NCBI GenBank assembly: GCA_951406725.2
Contig: OX597815.1
Location: 94,736,001-94,800,000, forward strand
DNA: 64,000 nucleotides
Direction: 5' to 3'
DNA from: Octopus vulgaris
Lineage: Eukaryota
Part shown: positions 54,401-64,000 of the stretch, piece after piece
How the letters are laid out: every line of letters starts with the position of its first letter
How positions within the stretch are numbered: the stretch's first letter is position 1
Notes under the pieces: generated by a model
Database searches by the model: none
What the model saw: the letters and a program-made list of their open reading frames with translations, nothing else
What the model was told of the DNA's origin: nothing
Made by a program: the position numbers and the translations under genes

Positions 54401-56129
54401 TCACGGTTCTCTAGTCACAGCTGTGTCATCTGTTATCTGTGACCTCATACAACGTGATTTGTTTTGTATTAGATGGCGGGATGTGCAATTGAGTGAGATT
54501 TGACCCATGTTTTCAGTAGATCGAACGACCACATAGAAGAGCACAGCTTTGGTTATTTTATTATATAAATGTTGTACTATCTGTATAATGTACAATATAC
54601 AGATCTGTCTATTTCAACAGGAAAACAAATTCTATAGTTCTATCATTTACCGGAACTGCAATTAAAGAAAAGCCTGGAGGGACTAACGGAATTTTAACCA
54701 AGAATTTGGCGAGAGCATATACAAACACCTAATTTTTGGTGAGCAACAACTTTAATTCCATTCCTTACGATTGGTATCGATTATTTATTTTCCTTCTAGG
54801 AAACCAAACATTGGTTACCAATAAGTGTTCTAAAATCATAGAATTTGTGCAGCATAAAGTAACTAATTGTGACAACATTTATTGAAAATCAGCTACCTTA
54901 GCGAAATAGAATTCTATTGATTTCAGCATGCTACCTTGATTATTATGCAAAATGATTGGCATCCATTCTGCGCTGGCAAATATAAATAGTTCATTATCAA
55001 ATTCCATAGTTACAGGGTAAATTAGCATTCGAAACTTTGAGCATTTATTTCACATTGAATATTTTCCAAGTTTTCTAACTGCATGATATTTTTCTCCTAT
55101 CATATACATGTAGAATTGTAAAATGCAAGACATTTAAATGAAACTTTTTCTACCTGAATTCATTTTCATCTCATCTATCAAAATATTAATGACTGTTTTC
55201 CTTTCCCTCAAGATGTAACGCAAATTACTTCACCATAAAACTGCAATTCAGAAATATTCTACACATAATACATAAAGTTTTTCAAAACACAAAGTATATC
55301 TGATCGTACTGATGACAAAGAAGAATCATAGTTAATATATAACGTGTGTCTTAAGTTGGGTAAAAGTTAAAGTGACAAAGTAATAGTTCAGACGGCGCAC
55401 TAAGTATTACATTTTCATAGACCCACTTTTCTCAAATGTTGCTGTGATTTGTCAAATAGATTGAATACTCATTAAGCAATCCATCTAATTGCAAGTGGAA
55501 ACCATGTGTATTTAACATTTATTCCAGAAAAAGAGTTGTCTGAGAATAATTGTTCAAACTGGTAGAAATTGTGATCAAAATACCTTCAAATAACACATTG
55601 GATGATATGATCATGTATGTACGATGTCTGAACAGTGAGGAAGACATGGTAAGGTTTTCGATCAGATCTCCATTTTCAGGACTGATACGCAAACGTCTGA
55701 CACATCGATCCTTACCGAACAACGGAATTTAGTGTATTAAGATCTAAAGTTTAACAACAAAAAAACACTAGTAAATATTGGCGCATAGCATTATAACGGC
55801 TCTACGTTTTTTGATACAACTAACTGGTGGGCTGAAATGTTGGCTGTTTTACTTGAAGTGGGATATATTTTATCATGTTAAAGTTGCATGCTAAGATTAC
55901 ATCAAGATAATATCTAGGAAGGAGTTTCTACGACATCGTTCAGTATGCTAGAAATGCACAACCCGTTTTCTTTCAAATCATATTCTGATGCTTTTAAGAA
56001 AGGGACACATTGGATAATGTAGTCTCAGATAAAATGTGCAGAAACAAGGTTGATGCCAACAACTGGAATGTCTTTAGCCATAGGTGTGATGATGCAGCTT
56101 TGAACTGGTCTCTGAAAAGAGTATGATCA

Positions 56130-56525
56130 ACACTACTTGTAAATGGTGTAAATGGCGTATATATTTGTTCTGATCTTTGAGGATCTTAAGATGTCTGTTG
56201 AGGCTTCTGTTAGATTGGCTGACCTTATGGCATACATGACACTGAAAAGTGTGCACAGACATACAGGCAAAATAGTTGGTGGAGGTTCGTTTTGCATGGG
56301 TCTGCAAATGAGATTTGAGCCCTGCAAAAGAAAGGCATGATCTGTCATAAACTGAGCAAATGACTTCATGGTAGTCCTTATGCCGTCCTTAAAACTCTTT
56401 TTAGGTTTACACCGATAGCATTTCCCCTCTGCAAGCTCACCATAAAAGCTGTATGTGTGTGCGTTCGTCTGCCATTCGAACAATATGGTCAGACCATCTT
56501 ATTTGATTTTTCAGAATCATTGCTT
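56130..56525 (-). mobile_element. 3' fragment of an RTE LINE with C-terminal C2H2-like motif
   Basis: IRWSDH, FYGELAEGK...KPKKSFKD and FQCHVCHKVSQSNRSLNRHLK. Confidence 0.72.
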
Positions 56526-56702
56526 TAATTGAGTGATGATAATAATAATTATAACAGCAATGCCGAAAACGATAATGACGATAATAATAATGATAATAAT
56601 GGTAACGCTGGCGTTAATATTGATACTAGAAATCACGGCAATAATAATAGCAATATCGCGAACAATTCACCTAATACTACCCAAGCCACTAACAGAACTA
56701 CC

Positions 56703-56733
<31 letters not shown>

Positions 56734-57696
56734 CAATTAACCATCGTCGAACTCATAGCTGCTGTTGCAGCTATGAGTTCGATGATGCCCGCTGCAAGCC
56801 CAATGCAGAAGAGTCAACGTCGTATATCAATGCATACAAACCTCCATTACCATCAACACATACCCCTCTATATCGCTTCTACCTCTCTTATATCTCTATA
56901 TCTCTTCTATCTACCTGTATCTTATATCTCTTCTATCTACCTTGCCTCATCGCTTTATAAGCTAAATATTAATTCTTTAATTTATCTTTAATTTATTTTT
57001 AAACCATAACCTAATAAACTTCCTAATATTTAATTCTAACTCCTACTTCTAAATAATTTAACATTCAACTAGTTCTTCCATTCTCGACTACGTACATACC
57101 CATAACCCCATTGTTAAAGGTAACTCTACAGCCCCTGACCTTAGCCAGAACGGACACTATTATTTACTACTAGATTTCCTTCCTAACCCCTATAGACTAG
57201 AAGAATACCGCTGGCACCTACTACGCTCTTTAAATTCCTATCATTTTCTGTATTTTGTTTATTTTTGTTTACTTTATCTTCCTCGACCTCCTCTCTCTTA
57301 TCCTCTCGGCTGACTATGTTCTTAGAAACTATACACTTATATACCTTACTTTATCCTAAAGTCAATCCTTAACTTCCTCCCTCACACTATCTACTTCTCT
57401 TCCTATTTATTTTTCTTTCCATTAACAGCTTAAATTAACACTTTACCGCTACCATTCTGTAATTGAACGTTGGTATGTTTGCGTCTTTTTTCTGGATGCT
57501 TACAACATAAGAACTTTAACCTACATGGATCTGCGGAGGATTGCACCTAGGGACTTATGGACTTATTTCTACATCACAAAGCTGAACTGTGAACTTTTAT
57601 GCTCCCTTTGTCTTCTTTTGCTTCATCTCCTTATTCCTTTACTCGTGTCCTCTATGTCGTCATTTCATTAATCTATACTCATTTGATGTCCCTATT

Positions 57697-57737
57697 TCTC
57701 TCTAATGACGGGATATTCCAGAAACAGCTGTAAAACT
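57697..57737 (+). ncRNA. Decayed minimal hammerhead-like motif
   Basis: CUAAUGA (G5 changed to A)-CGGGAUAUUCCA-GAAAC-AGCU-GUA, with palindromic stem III ACAGCUGU. It follows a pyrimidine-rich tract and lies ~60 nt before (TA)n. Confidence 0.5.
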
Positions 57738-57794
57738 GAATTTTTCCCCTAATAATAATCTATATGACTTGAAATGTTTGTCTTGCCTTAACGT

Positions 57795-57830
<36 letters not shown>

Positions 57831-57833
<3 letters not shown>

Positions 57834-58128
57834 TGTGTGCTATGTACCTTTCTTGCTAACCACATGGTTCTGAGTTCAGTCCCATTAGGCGGCATCTTGG
57901 GCAAATATCTTCTGTTATAGCCTCGGACCGACCAAAGCCTTGTGAGTGGATTTAGTAGACGGGAATTGAAAGAAGCCCGTCGTGTCCCCGTAACTTAGCG
58001 GTTCAGCAAAAGAGAGCAATAGAATAAGTACTAGGCTTACAAAGAATAAATCATGGGTTGATTTGTTCGACTGAAGTTGGTGCTCCAGCATGACCGGAGT
58101 CAAATGACAGAAACAAATAAAAGAATAA
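57831..58128 (+). mobile_element. tRNA-derived (CORE-like) SINE
   Basis: B-box GAGTTCAGTCCC, CATCTTGGGCAAATATCTTCT, ACCAAAGCCTTGTGAGTGGATTT, A-rich tail; same family as 30115-30530. Confidence 0.87.
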
Positions 58129-60291
58129 ATGTATATATATATATACTTTTTTGTTTCTATGTATATATGTATATTATGCTGTTTCCGCCCTCTTTATGAA
58201 GATAACCTATACTTTGTAGCATATTATTCTTCTATTTCTAGCGACGAAGGACATAATTTCTCATCGGATTTATCACTCAAATATTTTTAATCTACGTCAA
58301 TCAAAAAATATTCAGTTGAACATCAGAATTTTATTCCGAAATATACTGTCAGGAAATATATAGCTATGTAAATATAAAGATGAACGTAATATAGTTCTAA
58401 ATATGTGTATATATATAAACGTAAAGTAGGTTTGGTTCTAAAAATCCAGTATTTCCTAAGTAGATTACATACAAATAGCTCGTAAGTAGAGATTACTGCT
58501 GAAAGTTTCAACAACAGATGTAGTTTACAAAAAATAAAAAAAAGTATTATAAGCGAAAACCATTTAAAGCAATCTCTGTGAAAATCCCAGTTTTTTACGC
58601 AGAAAGGTTTAAAATATTTAACTTTAGGTGGAGATCAAGGTAATTGCTATAAAATGTAGTCGTTTATTAAAATAGATATAAATCATTGCGGCCAAGTTGC
58701 TTCAATCAAACTATTTTGAAATATTGGCGTTAACTGCTGCTACTTCTACTACTAATAATTATTCATGATTTACGACAAGGTTAAATCTTTGGAGGGAGAA
58801 ATAGCCGAATCTATTAATTCCAATACTTGACTGATGCTTCCTTTTACCGACACCAGAGGAATGAATGGTTACATTTGGTGAATTTTGAATTCAGAACGTA
58901 GAAAAGCGACGCATTGCAATTTAGGAAATCCAATGCCCTACTAATAATAAGCATGACAAGAGAAAAAATAGTAACGAAAATCAAAGACGTTCTACAAGGG
59001 GGCTTCGGTAAGTCGGAAATAATCTGATGCTATGAAAAAAAGACCAGAATGCATTGAAGCAAACGAATTTTGACTCCAAGTCAAATCGTGGTAACATTAC
59101 AGGGCATAACAAACAAAATTTTATCACAGTGTCAACATTAAAACATGAGAAAAATATTTTGTGGAGGTGTATTAACAATGGGTCGAACACCACAACGGCA
59201 ATGCATAAATCAGGTGCACTAGCTAAACAATTGAAGTAAACAATAATAAATGAAGACTCTCAGATGAAAATAGACGAAGAGTTGGAAAACAGCAGTAAGT
59301 GATAGCAAATCAAATTTCTTGTTAAAATATTGAATTGGTGCGTACAAAATGATTGCAAAATTATTTAGATGACTTAGAGAAAGAGGCAGAAAATTTCCCG
59401 GGGGATACATAATGAGAAAACCCTCAATTTCAAGACTAGATAAATATAACAGACCCATAATTTTCGATTTAAATTGTACAAATTTTAAAATGAAATAATG
59501 TGATGTAAACCCTGGGAAGTAACTTCAAGAAAAAAATTTAACCCAGCGTATGTTCGAACGATCCCAAACATGAATTGTTAGTTCAGAAAGCTTGTTATCG
59601 ATGATTGTAACAGAACAAAATGGGTCTGAATATGGCATCGATTTATTACTAGACGTTTTCGAAAGAGTTACTCACCTGTAAGCGCGAGAAAAATAGCCGT
59701 ATGCTAATTATAATCAGGTACATGGGACAAGTCATGATTTAATAACAAGCAGTACAGAAGATATACGGAAAAGTGGTAACTATAAAATCTGAAGTCATTT
59801 TCTATTAGAAGAGAAACATTCAGTAAAATACAGAGAAGCAGGAGTTCTGTAGCTAGCAAAATACCATTAAATATCTATGGTTCGATTACTGTTATACATT
59901 CAGCTCAATTAGAACCCATCCATCTTTATATGGTGGTTTTCTATCCATAGAAATATGGTAAAATAACGGTTGTCGTAGTTCTTCGTAGTAATAGTACTTA
60001 ACAGCTTCTTTTACTGGAATTAAATTAGTTTTCAATTCGGGTGAAACAACCTTTACAGCAGTGTGTGAAGACACATCAGAGCTGAGACAATTACAGATTC
60101 TAAGTCATTACTGAGAAAATAGTAGAGAATAAAGGGTTAAATAAGAATAAATGAATGAATTTAAATAAATCATAAAAAAATAAAGTGAATTGGTAAGAGA
60201 ATGGAAAAGGATTATCAATGAACGCACAGAATCTGAAGACGATTTTAGCACCCACTCAACGCCAACTGTAAACACAAGATCATGTGCGAAA

Positions 60292-62637
60292 TCTCTCTAT
60301 ATATAAAAGGCAGTTTGTCTGTCTGTGTGTGTGTCTGTGTGTGTGTCTGTCAGGTTGTACCCTCACCCTGACCACGGCTTTCAACCGATTCTGATGAAAC
60401 TTGACACACACATAGCCCAATGTTATAATTCAAACCTAACGTAGCGAAAAGTTTGAAAAGTTCCCCCAGTTTTGAAAAAGATTTATAAATTCGACATGGG
60501 GTCGAGAATCTAAACTTATCATATGCAATACATTTTCCGTTGTAGTTTTCGCAACTTGCAATCGATTTTCACCAAACTCATGGTGAAGCTTAATGTTACC
60601 ATAAGGAACTTAATTCTGACGTTAGTTTTCCATGCAATACCTTACCATCAGAAAAAATCGATAATCATGCCATTTTGGGAAATCGCGTTCAAATTCAAGA
60701 TGACATTTTCGACAATATCTTTAACAAATTGGCAGGAATTCTTTTTGAAATTCACAGCGAGCATCATGTCTGCTCCAAGGAGCTATATGGCCCTTTTGAT
60801 TCCAATAGGATACGTTATTACTGGAAAATATCGGTTAATTACATCATATGTGGCACACATAGCAAACGATTTTTCTGCGATATATTTTGCAAGTTCACAT
60901 AGATTTTCCCTACACCGATGTTGGACATCAAGTTTGCATTAAATGTCAAACTAACGATCTTTTGTCAATGCAGTTAACAAGTATTGGGAGAAATCGACAA
61001 AACCATATCACTTTGAGACCGACCATGCGAACCCTACAAAACTGACTTTTGTTAAATAGTTGGCGGATTTCAGGCGATTTAGTCGATTTTTGCCGCTTTT
61101 ATCATAAAGGTTACTAGAAATGGCATATGTTTTCCTTTTGTTTCAAATCCGAGCAATGTTGGGCTGTAGATGCGTTTGCGGTTGTGTGCGCACGTGCACG
61201 CGTGTCCTTGAAATGATGATTGCAACTCTTCCCATTGGCTCCCCAAACGGTGATCAATGCTCTGAATTAAACACCCTTTGGTCAATCACATGCACTGACA
61301 CACTCAGTTGTGCGCGTATAGCTTGTGACTCCCACTTCTTCTCTCGGTTCACACCCGCTCGCTTCACACGTTGGCCTACTCCTGCTAATCGTTGCTGTAG
61401 CCGCAAGTTATTCGAATACTTTTTTGTTTAAACTTTCTTTATAACTACCACCCCATACGTTTTACTTTAAATTTTTGTCGTACCCTAAGGGTACACGGAC
61501 GCTACTTGCAAACTCTTGGTTTATTATAAGCCTCATTTGTCGTGTGCACCAAAAGACCTTTTCCATTCGTTTGTTCAGTTTGGTTACTTTTCGCTTTTTC
61601 GTCGTTGTAACTCACATTGCTGCCCGCTTTTTTTCCGTTTTTGTACATTTTTATACATTTGGGGAGACTTACCCCACGTGTTCCTTTTTATTACACCTTT
61701 GCCAAAAACATTGCTATCCACCAAAACGCTAACCAAGAAGAGAAGGACCCTCCTCAGCCCTCGGACGGCCAAGGCATCGGCTGCTAGGGCTAGAAGGGCA
61801 AGCGAGACCCACGAGGAAACCGCTTTGCGCCTCTCGCAAAAAGCTTCCCGTTCTGCCGCTACTCAGGCATCTGAAACTACTAGCGACCGTTCTACCCGAC
61901 TTGCAAGGGCCGCAGCGTACAGATCTTCCCTCCGCTCGAGGTTGACGAAAGAGCAGCAGTTCAGCCAAAACATGCGGGCTTCTTCCTGTGCTTCCATCCG
62001 CAGAGCTCGCGAGATCCCCGAACAAAGGGCCATTCGGAATGCGCCTAACGCCGCTAGCACCACCAGGACACGATCTGTCGAAACCCCACAGCAGAGGAGA
62101 ACTCGCCAAGCTGTTGACGCCGCAAGCACAGCCATGGCCCGATCTGCCGAAACACCACAACAGATGAGTGCTCGCCAAGCTGCTAACTACACAAACACAG
62201 CCATGGCTCAATCTGCCGAAACTCAAGACCAACAAACTATTCGGACATACAGAGATGCCATTAACACTGCTTCTTCAAGGGCTTCAGAGAGTGCTGAGGC
62301 GAGAGCTGAAAGGCTTTCAAGGGATACCACTGCTACCGCTGTCGCACGCGCATCTCAATCTGCTGAGGCACGGCGCACTCGACTTCAGAGTATCAATCAA
62401 CGTCGGGATATCATTCGTGGTGTACGTAACCCTAAACAAAACCAGAAAATGCACTCTGACTGTCATAGATTTTCTTCATACATGCAAGGGAATGGTGCCT
62501 TGAATGCCTTAATGCCTTTTAGGCTTCATTTTACAAAATAACGGTTCGATGAGTACAAAAAAGGGTTAAAAGGTAAAGGGCATTGGTGATCGACAAAGTT
62601 TCTTACATACCCGGGCAACGCCGGGCTCTGCTGCTAG
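60292..62637 (+). mobile_element. Internally deleted Helitron, 2346 bp
   Basis: 5' end A|TCTCTCTATATATAAAA; 3' hairpin CCCGGGCAACGCCGGG; 3' end CTAG|T. Termini resemble those of 38097-38730. Confidence 0.9.
61726..62541 (+). pseudogene. N-terminal remnant of a Helitron Rep/Hel ORF with nine 23-aa STPR-like repeats
   Basis: ETHEETALR.., ETTSDRSTR.., LTKEQQFSQ.., EIPEQRAIR.., ETPQQRRTR.., ETPQQMSAR.., ETQDQQTIR.., ESAEARAER.. and QSAEARRTR occur at an exact 23-aa period after basic KKRR. No HUH or helicase motifs follow. Confidence 0.78.
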
Positions 62638-63810
62638 TAACAACTAAATCTTCTTAAGTTAACACTGTATCATTTAAAAAAATGTAGGACACTACAGAAG
62701 TGTAGTCTGGTAATAACCTGGTTGATCGTGCATCGTGGTTGAAACTGCTTTGATCATATGACTGCTGGTTCAGGGTTGACCTGAGGCTAAGGAGCCACAG
62801 CAACATAATTTTTTTTTTGTAGTGCCGGGTCTGCTAACCGTTCTAGACCTATGGTCAATGTCATTCAAACCTCACATGTTTCTACATGTATCTAGTTAAA
62901 TTACTGTGTTATTCATTTGTCAACTTCTGCTGTTATTTGACGGCAATTGGGATGTTGTTTCTTTCAACTCACAGCATGAAAAGAACCATATTTATTGGCA
63001 CAGTGTCTTCCTTCGGTTGACGGTGTTAGTTATTCACAAATTTAAACTTACTTACCAAAGTTAAACTTTTGAGGAAATGAATAAAAGACAGAATCATTAG
63101 AAAGTTAGTTTCTGTATTTAAGATGCGTCATGATAATAATTTGTAATGATATTTATATTGAAGCCATATAGTTATTTAAATAAAGAGTTAAAATATTCTC
63201 AAATAAAAATGAATTAAGATAGGCAGAAATATAAAAAGAAAAATGTATAATTTGTAACACTATGTAGTAATAAGTAAATTGATTTCGTTTCAACTTTTGT
63301 CTAAAGTTGGAGCCAAAGGTTAGTTAGTTAAGAATTTATAGAAGTCTTCTCGACTTTAAGTGAAATTAAAGCAGACAGACTCTATAAAAGATTAGATTAT
63401 AGCTATTATTGTTGGGTAGTGACTGGAGATTACTTTGTAAGGGTAGATAGAGTGCGTCGATGTAGTTAGGAGAAATTGCGTAATAAAAAATAAAGTGAAA
63501 TAAAATTAAATTAACATATGGAATGAAGTAGTGAAGAAATACCGCAATAGCTTATTTTGATCGATGCCATAATCAAACAATTTTTGATGATGAACTTTAA
63601 CACCTGTTTTGGTTGGTTTATTACATTCCACGGCTACGACATCAATAATCTTTTCTCGCTATAACAGCTCTACAAGATGAGGTGAAAGTAATACGTATTA
63701 CACTTTATATGTTCTGTTCCACGATTACTCTCTTCACAAAGTTGGATTTTTGTGGCAATTAGTCCTCAAAATATGTTCTTGAATTCTGCATACGGTACGA
63801 AATATTGCTT

Positions 63811-63920
63811 ATACATACATACAAACATACATACATACATACATACATACATACATACATACATACATACATACATACATACATACATGCATACATACAT
63901 ACATACATACATACATAAAT
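63811..63920. repeat. (TACA)n microsatellite
   Basis: Seen directly. Confidence 0.97.
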
Positions 63921-64000
63921 ATGTGTGTGTGTATATATTTTATAATTATAGACTTATGTACTTATATATATAATTATATATGTATATAATATATATATAT

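Noticed and set aside
58980-60080. Purine-rich region that may be an ancient transposase relic
   Set aside because: No diagnostic motif could be read.
62822-62840. GCCGGGTCTGCTAA resembling a second Helitron 3' end
   Set aside because: It lacks the hairpin's 5' arm and the CTRR|T terminus.

Overview
AT-rich, microsatellite-dense eukaryotic DNA, most likely from an octopus or other coleoid cephalopod (inferred from the SINE families). No host gene can be called with confidence; the window is a stack of mobile elements. These include a hAT remnant, several R4/Dong-clade LINEs sitting in (TAA)n arrays, three mariners, RTE and CR1-like fragments, two clear Helitrons (one keeps an ORF of nine 23-aa STPR-like repeats), MITE-like foldbacks, tRNA-derived SINEs and a near-complete Penelope-like element (RT + GIY-YIG) at 30615-34730. 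The most notable signal is a set of minimal type I hammerhead ribozymes from several unrelated repeat families. One lies in a ~380-bp non-coding element that joins a tRNA-like Pol III head to a hammerhead inside inverted termini (42631-43010). Two lie in the arms of a ~940-bp foldback (44876-45812). Three belong to the Penelope family and share an unusual CUG-U-N-GAA core. All folds, identities and boundaries were read by eye; none were computed.
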